Shown piece after piece: positions 27,616 to 35,867 of a DNA stretch of 64,000 nt. The notes beneath the pieces were generated by a model that was given only the letters and a program-made list of their open reading frames with translations, was not told the DNA's origin and did not search any database. Both the position numbers and the translations under genes were made by a program. Source of the DNA: Candidatus Hydrogenedentota bacterium (GTDB lineage Bacteria; UBA8481; J006). The stretch is from assembly GCA_003697085.1 (NCBI GenBank), contig RFFU01000074.1:82600-146599 (forward strand). The letters run 5' to 3'. Within the stretch, counting starts at the first letter, position 1. Each line of letters starts with the position of its first letter.

Positions 27616-28296
27616 TCATTTCATCGCGAAGGCGGGAGGGCTTCCGTCGGGGAGCCGGTAGATCGTCTCGTTGGGGTAAGCCATATTGAGTTCGTCGCGT
27701 GCAAGGCGTTCGATCGTGTGCGGGTCCCGCGTGAGGCGATCCACCTCGGTAGCAAGCGCATCGCGTTCGCGGCGAAGAGATTCAACGTGTTCTTCTTCCC
27801 GTGCGACGATGCCGGCGAGACGGTGGCGCGCAAGGTAGCCCGTGGGGGAGAAGAGGTAGAGATAGGTGCAGAGGAAGGAGGCGAGGAGCAGAAGCGATAC
27901 GATGAGCCGCCGACGTCGCGCGGGGGGAATGAGGGAGACGATGTCATAGAGGGAAAGGGAACGTTTTTGCGGGCGTCGGGGGGAAGGAGGTCGTCGTGAC
28001 GGCCGGTGTTCTCGAGACGTTTGCGTGCGGAACCCGGGAACACGGACGCGGGCGGCAACGCGCTGAAGGAGGGGGAGAAGAGCAAGAGGGGAGAGGATTT
28101 TCCGGAGGAGGAACGAGAGAATCGCGAGAAGGGGGCGAAGCGTGAGGAAAAACCATCCCGAGGTCTTTCGGCCGCGGTGCCTTCGGGGGCCTCGTTGCGG
28201 AACCGCGTGCAGACTTCGCGTTCGGGCACGAGGTCGGCTGGAGTTTTGAAGCCGCCGTGCGCAATTTCCAGAAACGATGTAACGAAACGAAGCCAT
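27616..28296 (-). CDS. ftsB: septum formation initiator family protein (FtsB/DivIC-like); N-terminal extent uncertain
   Basis: The C-terminal ~105 aa contain a TM segment (LIVSLLLLASFLCTYLYLF), a coiled coil, and DPHTIERLARDELNMAYPNETIYRL, matching the FtsB C-terminal block. The upstream 120 aa of the ORF are low-complexity Arg/Pro-rich. No internal ATG/GTG start is available. Confidence 0.55.
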   Translation of the reverse strand: MASFRYIVSGNCARRLQNSSRPRARTRSLHAVPQRGPRRHRGRKTSGWFFLTLRPLLAILSFLLRKILSPLALLPLLQRVAARVRVPGFRTQTSREHRPSRRPPSPRRPQKRSLSLYDIVSLIPPARRRRLIVSLLLLASFLCTYLYLFSPTGYLARHRLAGIVAREEEHVESLRRERDALATEVDRLTRDPHTIERLARDELNMAYPNETIYRLPDGSPPAFAMK

Positions 28297-28469
28297 ACAT
28301 TCCGGCTATCGGGAGCGGAAGCAGCCGACTTGAGAGAGGAAGACGTGAGAGAGCAGGCTTTTCAGAAATCGCCCGAACGAATTTTATACAAAACTACACA
28401 AACCTGCTTCGGTACCTTGATTTCAAAGCGAGAAACTGTCCTGGAGAACGAATCGTTCCGCCCGCAATT

Positions 28470-28493
28470 GGAGCGCGGACTCTCTAGTCTGCG
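28470..28493. repeat. copy 4 of the palindromic hairpin motif (ggag-cgcggact-ctct-agtctgcg)
   Basis: Near-identical to the copy at 11348. It is followed immediately by a 13-bp-stem hairpin at 28493..28524. Confidence 0.5.
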
Positions 28494-28614
28494 GGGCGCC
28501 GGTGGACGATCCGCCGGTCGCCCCTACAGAACCGGTGGGGGGGGCGACGGGGATCGCCGCGTCCGCGTGCCAGTGTCCCGCAGGTTAGGAACACAACTTC
28601 CGTTGGAGCGAACC

Positions 28615-29481
28615 TCAGACGACTCCCGTTTCGCCTATCGTTTCCGTTCCAGACGAGACGGCGACGGCGTCTTCGGTTCCGCCGGCTCCGCTCTCGTCCT
28701 GTTTGTTTCCGCTCTGAAGGCGTTCAAGAACGGATTTTCGGAATTCGTCTAGGAGATCGCCGATGATGTCCCGGGTGGCCGAGATGCGATTCTTCTTCTC
28801 GTCGGGGATTTCACCGTTGAAGTGTTTTCCAAGGATCTTTTTTGCTTTCGAAAACCCTTCGTCGATCGCCCCCTCGACGATTCCGAGAAACTTGTCGAGT
28901 GTGTCCTTCGACTCGCCGTCGTGAGCCTTCGAGAAGGCGTCGTAGAACTTCAACGCGAAATCCACGATCCGCTTCGCCGTTTTTTCCGGCGTGAACGGAT
29001 CCTCCTTTTCGGCGTGCTCGGTTTCCTTCGGCGCCTCCGCGGTCTCGATGTTTCTGAAGGCTTGTCTTATCTGCAACGTACTCTTTTCTTGAAGGATCAT
29101 CAGAGTCGTCCCGTCCCCCGGTTGTAACCCTCGGGAATTCCCGGTATCGAGGATGTCGCGGAGAGAGGGGGGGAGGGAATCGATGCCTTCGAAGGTTTCC
29201 TTGGTCGAAGAATCAGGATGATCCAGGGTATTCGGTTGTGCCTGCCGCACGATGCCTTTTCCGTTGGGATCGTAGAGAACCGCCAAGGTCCGTGAGTAAG
29301 TCGCTTCCAGGGATTGATAACCGGCCAGAGCCTGCATGATGCGCCCTCCTTGAAGTTTTGTGTCGCGGGAATCCTTTCCCGCCGCCAGTCTTCCTATCGG
29401 ACGTTTTTGAACAAACTTGAGCAAAAATGAAGAATTTTTTTCAAGGGAGGAAAAGACGAGGAAGGCCGGGGCCGGGATCAA
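28615..29481 (-). CDS. hypothetical protein
   Basis: 288-aa ORF. The C-terminal two thirds are helical-looking and Lys/Asp/Glu-rich (FALKFYDAFSKAHDGESKDTLDKFLGIVEGAIDEGF...). Start ambiguous (29481 or the internal ATG near 29337). No family recognised. Confidence 0.45.
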   Translation of the reverse strand: MIPAPAFLVFSSLEKNSSFLLKFVQKRPIGRLAAGKDSRDTKLQGGRIMQALAGYQSLEATYSRTLAVLYDPNGKGIVRQAQPNTLDHPDSSTKETFEGIDSLPPSLRDILDTGNSRGLQPGDGTTLMILQEKSTLQIRQAFRNIETAEAPKETEHAEKEDPFTPEKTAKRIVDFALKFYDAFSKAHDGESKDTLDKFLGIVEGAIDEGFSKAKKILGKHFNGEIPDEKKNRISATRDIIGDLLDEFRKSVLERLQSGNKQDESGAGGTEDAVAVSSGTETIGETGVV

Positions 29482-30470
29482 ATCTTTTCCGCGATGATTC
29501 TTGCCGTCAGGCGATGCCCTTCCTCGGTGGGATGCACGGGGTCGTTCATTACGAAAAGCGCCGCTCCGCCGTTCTCCTGAAACGGTTTCCAGAGATCGAT
29601 GACACGGACGCGCCGTCTTTCAAGAAAGCGGGTCAGAGTCCGTTGGGCTCCGGTATCGTCGCCCATAAACTGGGTTGCCAGAGGAAAGAAGACGACGGTC
29701 AAATCGAGATCATTTGTTCCGCAGTAGGCGGCCATTCGATCGAGGGTATCGAGCACGGCGTGATAGCGGGGTTCCTCGGGGCGGTACATATCCAGAACGC
29801 GCCGGCAGTACGGCGCATAGTCTCCGATGGGAGGTTTGCGATTCCGACGGATGAAGAGGGATTGCAGAAAGCGGCCGGTCCGAACGACGAGTCGGCTGCG
29901 GCGGAGGAAGACGCCGAGGGAGAATCGCGCCGGTTTCAGCGCTCCCCCCTCGTCTACGGCTCCCGGCGGGAGGATGTCGTTGAGGCAGAAACCGTAAACG
30001 ACGCTGTCGGGCTCGACGAGGGGCGAATCGAGTTGGAGGCTCCGGAAAACCTGTTCGACATTATAACCGGTTACGCCTCCATTGATCGCCTCGATCGGCT
30101 TTTTCGTTCGGGCGCGGAGTCGTTCGACGAGAGCGGGGTAAACGATGTCGTCATCGCGGGCTCCGTCCGTGATCGAATCCCCGATGAAAAGAACCCGCGG
30201 CCTGCCGGGTCTCTTCGGCCCGATCTCCGGCCCCCGGAATCCCAGCGAGTTGTAATGCACGTTCCAACCGGGCCGTTCGAGAGAGAAGGAAGGGATGTGA
30301 GCATAGATCAGGATCGGGTCGTCGATTTTTCGGATCGTCTTGACGGGGGCGGGAGTGATGACGCGAAGGACGATCTCGACGAGAAGAAGTGCGAAAAGGA
30401 GGCCGAGCGAAAGAAGAAGGATTCGGGCGGCGAGGCGATGAGAGGATGGGTGAACGGAATTCGCGCTCAC
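29478..30470 (-). CDS. SGNH/GDSL-family hydrolase with an N-terminal membrane anchor
   Basis: N-terminal TM ILLLSLGLLFALLLVEIVL. Block I is VLFIGDSITDGARDDD. DPVHPTEEGHRL matches the DxxH block V. Confidence 0.7.
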   Translation of the reverse strand: MSANSVHPSSHRLAARILLLSLGLLFALLLVEIVLRVITPAPVKTIRKIDDPILIYAHIPSFSLERPGWNVHYNSLGFRGPEIGPKRPGRPRVLFIGDSITDGARDDDIVYPALVERLRARTKKPIEAINGGVTGYNVEQVFRSLQLDSPLVEPDSVVYGFCLNDILPPGAVDEGGALKPARFSLGVFLRRSRLVVRTGRFLQSLFIRRNRKPPIGDYAPYCRRVLDMYRPEEPRYHAVLDTLDRMAAYCGTNDLDLTVVFFPLATQFMGDDTGAQRTLTRFLERRRVRVIDLWKPFQENGGAALFVMNDPVHPTEEGHRLTARIIAEKI

Positions 30471-30928
30471 GCGTGCCGAACCTGACTACCGGGAAGCAGC
30501 GTTTCGAGCGTGGCCGGGAGGTGTTCCACGAAACGGCGTATCTCGTCGCGCACGCGGCGGTAAACATCGAGCGCTTCTTGGTCCGTGTCGCAATCGAGGG
30601 CAAGGCGCGGAGGATCGTCGAAGGGTTGGTGGATCAGGCAGGGAGCATTTGGAAAGGCCGGGCAGAGATCGTGGGCCTTCCCGCAGACGGTCACGACGGC
30701 GTCGAAGGAGACGGGCCCGAGCTCCGCGATGGTCTTCGAACGATGGGAGGAGATGTCGATGCCGACTTCCTTCATGACTTGCACGGCGAAAGGGTTGAGG
30801 CCTTGCGCGACGAGCCCGGCGGACGCGACGTCATAGCGGTCGCCGAGGATGTGCCGCGCCCAGCCTTCGGCCATCTGGCTCCGGCAGGAATTTCCCGTGC
30901 AGAGAAAGAGGATTCTTTTCTTCGTCAC
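30467..30928 (-). CDS. arsC: arsenate reductase / low-molecular-weight protein-tyrosine phosphatase family (thioredoxin-coupled ArsC type)
   Basis: The P-loop CTGNSCRSQMAEGW is the CX5R LMW-PTP signature. Downstream Cys residues (VVTVCGKAHDLC) are typical of the Trx-coupled ArsC family. A GTG start at 30928 gives 153 aa. The longer ORF-track frame to 31201 has junk-like translation and contains the palindromic repeat. Confidence 0.8.
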   Translation of the reverse strand: MTKKRILFLCTGNSCRSQMAEGWARHILGDRYDVASAGLVAQGLNPFAVQVMKEVGIDISSHRSKTIAELGPVSFDAVVTVCGKAHDLCPAFPNAPCLIHQPFDDPPRLALDCDTDQEALDVYRRVRDEIRRFVEHLPATLETLLPGSQVRHA

Positions 30929-31098
30929 GCGCTCTCCTCCCAGTCCACTGGATTTTCCGTAAGGGAATTCCTTCGCGAAAGAGACTATACCGGAAAAGGA
31001 GAAGTCGCATTTCAAAAAAAGGGCGAGGGGGACAGGAAAGAGTAACGTAGATTTCCGGAGGGGATATGAGAATGAGGTTTCTCCATTCCGCCAGGGAG

Positions 31099-31118
31099 CG
31101 CGGATTCTCCAATCCGCG
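31099..31118. repeat. copy 5 of the palindromic hairpin motif (cgcggatt-ctcc-aatccgcg, perfect 8-bp arms), extendable to about 31092..31129
   Basis: Seen directly. It lies in the intergenic region between arsC (minus) and the YihY-family gene (plus). Confidence 0.5.
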
Positions 31119-31326
31119 GCGCTCCCAGGGATCGCACCGCTTGCAGGTCTTTTTGGAGGCAAGGATGCCAGCGATTCCATGTTGGAACAGCCGCGCTCCA
31201 CCTTCGCCGAGTTGAGGACGCCTCTTGCTCGCGGAAAAGGACTCGTTGAGGGCTTTTGCGTTCGGCCGGGCTCGGAAGGATTCGCGATTGCCCGGTATCG
31301 TGAGCGGAGATAGAGTCAGCAAACCG

Positions 31327-32226
31327 ATGCCGAAAGGGTTCGAAAAACGTCTTTGGCGATGGGTCGAGAACACGCGCGCGGTGGGAAAGCAGGTTCTTGA
31401 CGATCATCTCTTCGGACATGCCGCGGAGATTGCGTTCTATGAGTTAATCGCGCTCGTGCCGCTCTTCGGTCTTCTGATGCAGTTGGTCAGTCTTCTTCCA
31501 AGACAGGGCGTGATGGATCGAGTCCTGGAGGTAATGGCGAGGTACATTCCGGCGCAGGCCGTGACTCTGATCGAGAACTGGCTTTCCGTTCCCAGTGCCA
31601 CCGGGAAGGCCTCGCTTCTTTCGGCCGGCGCGGTTGTGATGATCTGGGTCGGCTCGGCCGCCGTCGGGGCCTTCGTCGACGCGCTCGACAAAATCTATCA
31701 CCTGGAAGGGCGGATCAAGAGGCCGTTCGTCCACCGGGCGACGGTGCGTGTCACCTTCACGCTCTTCGGCGGGCTCGCCTTGCTCGTCCTCGTCTTTCTC
31801 CAGATCGTTGTTCCTCCGCTCCTGGAGTTCTTCCTCGAGGCCTTCCGGCTTGAGGCGGCCTGGGCCTGGGCGTGGCATTTCGTCCGCGGCCCCGTCGTCC
31901 TTCTCGGGATGGTTCTAGGTCTTTGTTGTTTCTACCATTTTCTCGAGCCCTTGGGGCTGCGGTGGAGGGATCACTTGCCGGGCGCCTTTCTCGGGACGAT
32001 GCTCTTTCTCATCAGCTCGGCGCTCTTCAGTCTCTATGTCTCGAACGTGGCGAACTTCGACGCGGTTTATGGAGGAATGGGGGCGCTGGTTGTTTTCCTC
32101 TTCTGGTTGCAATTCCTCAACCTCTCCGTTTTAATCGGCGCCTCCTGGAACGCGCAGTCGTGTGGTTCGGGAAGCGTTCCGTTGGGGCCGCCGGACAGCC
32201 CTCCCCGTTACAAGCCTCCGGTGTGA
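31327..32226 (+). CDS. YihY/virulence factor BrkB family membrane protein
   Basis: 6-TM protein with the conserved YihY N-terminal block LFGHAAEIAFYELIALVPLF. The ATG at 31327 is preferred over the ORF-track start at 31225. Confidence 0.7.
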   Translation: MPKGFEKRLWRWVENTRAVGKQVLDDHLFGHAAEIAFYELIALVPLFGLLMQLVSLLPRQGVMDRVLEVMARYIPAQAVTLIENWLSVPSATGKASLLSAGAVVMIWVGSAAVGAFVDALDKIYHLEGRIKRPFVHRATVRVTFTLFGGLALLVLVFLQIVVPPLLEFFLEAFRLEAAWAWAWHFVRGPVVLLGMVLGLCCFYHFLEPLGLRWRDHLPGAFLGTMLFLISSALFSLYVSNVANFDAVYGGMGALVVFLFWLQFLNLSVLIGASWNAQSCGSGSVPLGPPDSPPRYKPPV

Positions 32227-32371
32227 TCGGAGGAAAGCGGAGAAGCCGGGGAAAAGGGTTTCGCCGGGTGGGGGGAAGAGGTGAAACCGGGGGGGGAAGA
32301 GAACGGAGAGAGCGGTGCCGGTGGAGAAATGTGTTTAGGGAAGCGAGGACGGGGGGGCGGGAGGAAGAAAA

Positions 32372-33874
32372 ATGACGGACATCTTGAAGAAACGCGGCGC
32401 GGGGATCCTTCTGCACCCGACCTCGTTGCCCGGGCCCTATGGAATCGGGGAGATGGGAGAGTTCGCGTACGGCTTTCTCGAATTTCTTTCGCGCGCGGGC
32501 CAGTCTTTCTGGCAGACGCTTCCCTTAGGCCCGACGAGTTACGGCGATTCTCCGTATCAATGTTTTTCCGCTTCGGCGGGTAATCCGCTCCTCATTTCAC
32601 TCCGGCGCCTTGTGGAGGAGGGACTTCTCGAGGAAAAAGATCTCGCGTCGGATCCGGGAGTCGAGGCGGCGGTCGATTACGGAACGGTTATCCCGTGGAA
32701 GACGACGGTCCTGCGGAGGGCCTTTGAGCGGTGGCGGGGGCGTGGCGGCGCGGAGAGCGAGGAGTTTCTCCGATTCCGATCCGAGCAAGGGGAGTGGCTT
32801 TCGGAGTACGCGCTGTTCATGGCGATCAAGGATTCGCAAGAAGGACGAAGTTGGGTCGAATGGCCGGAGGAGTACCGAAAGCGGGAGCCGGCGGCCTTGG
32901 AAGCGGCGCGGAGCGAATTGGAAACCGGAATCCTCTTCCACGAATTCCTGCAGCACCTCTTTTTCCGGCAATGGTCCGATCTTCGCCGGGCCGCGAATGA
33001 AAGAGGAATCCGGATCATTGGAGATGCTCCGATCTTCGTCGCGCTCGACAGCGCGGACGTTTGGAGCCGGCAGGACCTGTTCTATCTCGACGACGAAGGC
33101 CGGCCGACCGTTGTGGCGGGGGTTCCTCCCGACTATTTCAGCGAGACGGGGCAGCGTTGGGGAAATCCGTTGTATCGTTGGGACCGCCTGGCGGCGGAGG
33201 GGTTTCGCTGGTGGAAGCGGCGGATCGAGGTTCTGTTGAAGATGGTGGATGTGATCCGGATCGATCATTTTCGTGGATTCGAGGCGTACTGGGAGATTCC
33301 CGCGACGGAGCCGACTGCGGTGAAGGGAAACTGGGTCAAGGTTCCAGGCGAAACCCTCTTTGCGAGCCTGAGGGAGTTGGGTGAGGTTCCGGTCATCGCG
33401 GAGAACCTCGGTGTGATTACGGAAGAGGTGGAACAGTTGCGGCGAAGAGCCGGGTTTCCCGGGATGAGCGTTCTTCAGTTCGCCTTTGAGGGACGCGATC
33501 CGGAGAATCCCTTTCTTCCGCACAACTGTGATCCGGAGACGGTGGTGTACACCGGAACTCATGATAACGACACGACGCGGGGGTGGTTTTCGGGGTTGAG
33601 CGCGGAGGATCGGGAATGGTTTTGGCGATATTCCGGAGCGGCGGCGGGTGAAGAGCCGGAGTGGGAGATGATTCGATTGGCGCAAGGATCGGTGGCGCGC
33701 CAGGCGATCATTCCGATGCAGGATTATCTCGGCTTGGGAAGCGAAGCGCGTATGAACTATCCGGGACGGAAGGGGGGGAATTGGACGTGGCGGTGTCGGG
33801 CGGGCGCATTCTCGGAGGCGTTGGCGGACCGAATCCGAGAAATCACGCACCGATACGGGCGGCTGAATGGGTAA
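32372..33874 (+). CDS. malQ: 4-alpha-glucanotransferase (amylomaltase, GH77)
   Basis: GILLHPTSLPGPYGIGEMG at the N-terminus. GH77 catalytic blocks IIGDAPIFV, RIDHFRGF and PVIAENLG are present. 500 aa. Confidence 0.92.
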   Translation: MTDILKKRGAGILLHPTSLPGPYGIGEMGEFAYGFLEFLSRAGQSFWQTLPLGPTSYGDSPYQCFSASAGNPLLISLRRLVEEGLLEEKDLASDPGVEAAVDYGTVIPWKTTVLRRAFERWRGRGGAESEEFLRFRSEQGEWLSEYALFMAIKDSQEGRSWVEWPEEYRKREPAALEAARSELETGILFHEFLQHLFFRQWSDLRRAANERGIRIIGDAPIFVALDSADVWSRQDLFYLDDEGRPTVVAGVPPDYFSETGQRWGNPLYRWDRLAAEGFRWWKRRIEVLLKMVDVIRIDHFRGFEAYWEIPATEPTAVKGNWVKVPGETLFASLRELGEVPVIAENLGVITEEVEQLRRRAGFPGMSVLQFAFEGRDPENPFLPHNCDPETVVYTGTHDNDTTRGWFSGLSAEDREWFWRYSGAAAGEEPEWEMIRLAQGSVARQAIIPMQDYLGLGSEARMNYPGRKGGNWTWRCRAGAFSEALADRIREITHRYGRLNG

Positions 33875-34011
33875 AGTGACGGAAGGGGAGATTGTCATCA
33901 AGGAAAAGAAAACGAGATTGGTTCAATGCCTCAAAGTTGCTTCGAAGTTGCAGAATGATGGGAATTGGAATTTGGAGGAAGAATCGGGTATCTGGGAAGG
34001 TGGAGTCGGAG

Positions 34012-34317
34012 TCAGGGGTTTTTGAGTTTCTCCTCGACACTGCGGATTTTCGCTTCAATTGATTCGGCGCGGTCGGTGCGCGTTCCCACGCGGATCGTCG
34101 TTGAGATGCGGGGCACGCCCATTCTGTGAACGGCTTCGTGGCAGGCTTTGACGACGCGGAAGACCTCGTCCCACTCCCCTTCGATGTTGGTTCCGTATCC
34201 GTGAAGACGGTACGTCAGACCCGAATCGCGAATGATCCTTTCGCATTCGGCGACATATCTCGAAAGAGAGACACCGACACCGATCGGAACAACACAGAGA
34301 TCGACGATGACTTTCAT
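34012..34317 (-). CDS. MTH1187/YkoF family protein (UPF0045, thiamine/ligand-binding ACT-like)
   Basis: 101 aa. MKVIVDLCVVPIG...YVAECERIIRDSGLTYRLHGYGTNIEGEWDEVFRVVKACHEA matches the YkoF/MTH1187 family. Confidence 0.8.
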   Translation of the reverse strand: MKVIVDLCVVPIGVGVSLSRYVAECERIIRDSGLTYRLHGYGTNIEGEWDEVFRVVKACHEAVHRMGVPRISTTIRVGTRTDRAESIEAKIRSVEEKLKNP

Positions 34318-34390
34318 AGAATATATTTTCTCACCTTTCCTCCCGGTAAAAAAGAAAAAAGAAGATATTCACTTTCGAAAAACGCCTTGT

Positions 34391-35413
34391 TCAGAATGTC
34401 GTGTCCCTTTGTATGAGCGATACCGGAAGGACATAATGGTATCGGCGGATTTTTTTACCGGCGATTATTTTGAGAAGAAGATCCGCGGCTTTATAGCCCA
34501 TTTGCCACGCAGGAACCCGGATGGTCGTTAATCCGATCGCCTGAGTGTAACGCCAACTCACATCGTTGTAGCCGACGATTCCGGCTTCTCCAGGAACGGA
34601 AAGGCCCGCCTCGGAAAGGATTTCCAGGAGAGGAAGTGCGAACTCGTCGATCGAAAGAAAAAAACCGGCGGTATGGGATTTCCTTTTGAGAATATTCCGG
34701 AGTTTCTGTAACGGGGCTTTACCCGATTCATCGACATTGACGAAAATGACCGGTTGAGGATCAAGTCCCTTTTGAAATCCGGCCAATTTTTGTTTTTGGC
34801 TGTAACTCGAAGAAAGAGAGAGAAAATAGTATTTTTCATAACGCCCCCGCTTCAGTACGCGTGCTGCTTGTATTCCTCCATCAAAGGCGTCGGCCATGAC
34901 AGAGGGAACCATGTCAAGAGAATCGTTGCGGAAATTGACGAACACGAACGGAAAAGACCGGGAGATTAATTGGCGCAGTTCACCGGGTTTTATTCTTTCT
35001 CCGAAAAATAGTCCCCCGTCGACCCGGCCTTCCCGGATCGCTCGAAGATAATTCGGGGTCTTATCAAGACGGGAAGTATTTTCTAGAGTGGAAGCAAGTT
35101 GAACGTAATAATTGGATTTTTCCAGTAAATGGGCCGCACCCGAAAGAACCAACGAATGGTACGGCGCCGCTGCTGAGTAAAGTTCGTCGCTTACGAAGAG
35201 AATGTTGGACGTTCTGCTCATTACCAGACCGCGGGCGGCCGCGTTGGGGTAATAGTGATTCGCTTTACAAACCTCAAGAACCCTTTTTCTCGTCTTGGGA
35301 GCAAACGGTACCTTTTTGTCTGGATCGTTGAGAATGCGCGAAACGGTCGAAATGGAAACTCCCGCTCTTTTTGCGATCTCTTTGATTCCTACACGCGTTC
35401 TCGATTGCCCCAT
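34391..35413 (-). CDS. LacI family transcriptional regulator
   Basis: N-terminal HTH IKEIAKRAGVSISTVSRILN followed by a periplasmic-binding-protein-like sugar-binding domain. 340 aa. Confidence 0.9.
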   Translation of the reverse strand: MGQSRTRVGIKEIAKRAGVSISTVSRILNDPDKKVPFAPKTRKRVLEVCKANHYYPNAAARGLVMSRTSNILFVSDELYSAAAPYHSLVLSGAAHLLEKSNYYVQLASTLENTSRLDKTPNYLRAIREGRVDGGLFFGERIKPGELRQLISRSFPFVFVNFRNDSLDMVPSVMADAFDGGIQAARVLKRGRYEKYYFLSLSSSYSQKQKLAGFQKGLDPQPVIFVNVDESGKAPLQKLRNILKRKSHTAGFFLSIDEFALPLLEILSEAGLSVPGEAGIVGYNDVSWRYTQAIGLTTIRVPAWQMGYKAADLLLKIIAGKKIRRYHYVLPVSLIQRDTTF

Positions 35414-35463
35414 AGTCTCATCCTGGTTCTCACCGCTATATCTTCAAACCTCATCATTCAAAA

Positions 35464-35476
35464 TGCAACGTTTGCA
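35464..35476. promoter_or_regulatory. candidate LacI-family operator (TGCAACGTTTGCA, near-palindrome with a CG centre)
   Basis: It lies 50 bp upstream of the LacI-family gene start, in the divergent region shared with the ABC transporter operon. It fits the LacI/GalR/CcpA operator consensus TGnAAnCGnTTnCA except for one missing base in the left half. Confidence 0.4.
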
Positions 35477-35867
35477 CTTTTTTGAGGATTGACGTGTTCC
35501 GGGTCCTTTCCGGCCCTTCGAACCGCAGTGTTTTCAAGGCGGAACACACAAAAATCCCCATTGCAACAATCTTTAATAGTAAGATGAGAGAAAAACAAGA
35601 AAAAAATGAAATTTAGGGAAGAACCAGGAAGGGAGGGCGATGTGACGCGGAACGATTCTCCTCTCATTTGATTTCACGGCGTTGAGGAGCCGGGATTCTC
35701 GATGACAGAAGATCGGGAAGGCCGCGCGGTGGCGTGCCGTTACAAAAAGAAATGATTCTGGCCGATATCCGAGACATTGAATAATATTTTTAGAGGAATT
35801 AAAACGTGCCAAGTAAAAAATACTGGAAGAGGTTCAGGTAAACGAATAAAATCACGGTGAGAGGGAA

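Noticed and set aside
26548-27999. 483-aa plus-strand alternative-frame ORF overlapping msrAB and the ftsB-like gene
   Set aside because: MsrA and MsrB catalytic motifs are in the other plus frame. This frame is low-complexity and runs through the convergent gene junction.
28006-28752. 248-aa plus-strand ORF across the ftsB-like upstream region
   Set aside because: The translation is Arg/Gly/Glu-rich low complexity. It overlaps the structured intergenic region with the palindromic motif and the better-supported minus-strand ftsB-like gene.
30929-31201. N-terminal 91 codons of the ORF-track frame upstream of arsC
   Set aside because: The LMW-PTP fold begins at VTKKRILFLCTGNS, so a GTG start at 30928 gives a canonical 153-aa protein. 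The upstream part contains the palindromic repeat and has non-protein-like composition.
32597-33901. 434-aa minus-strand ORF antisense to malQ
   Set aside because: malQ GH77 motifs are on the plus strand. The antisense translation is junk-like.
33869-34027. 49-aa small plus-strand ORF (MGKVTEGEIVIKEKK...) between malQ and the YkoF gene
   Set aside because: It is below the ORF-track threshold and overlaps the convergent YkoF 3' end. There is no RBS or conservation evidence, so it is kept only as a note.
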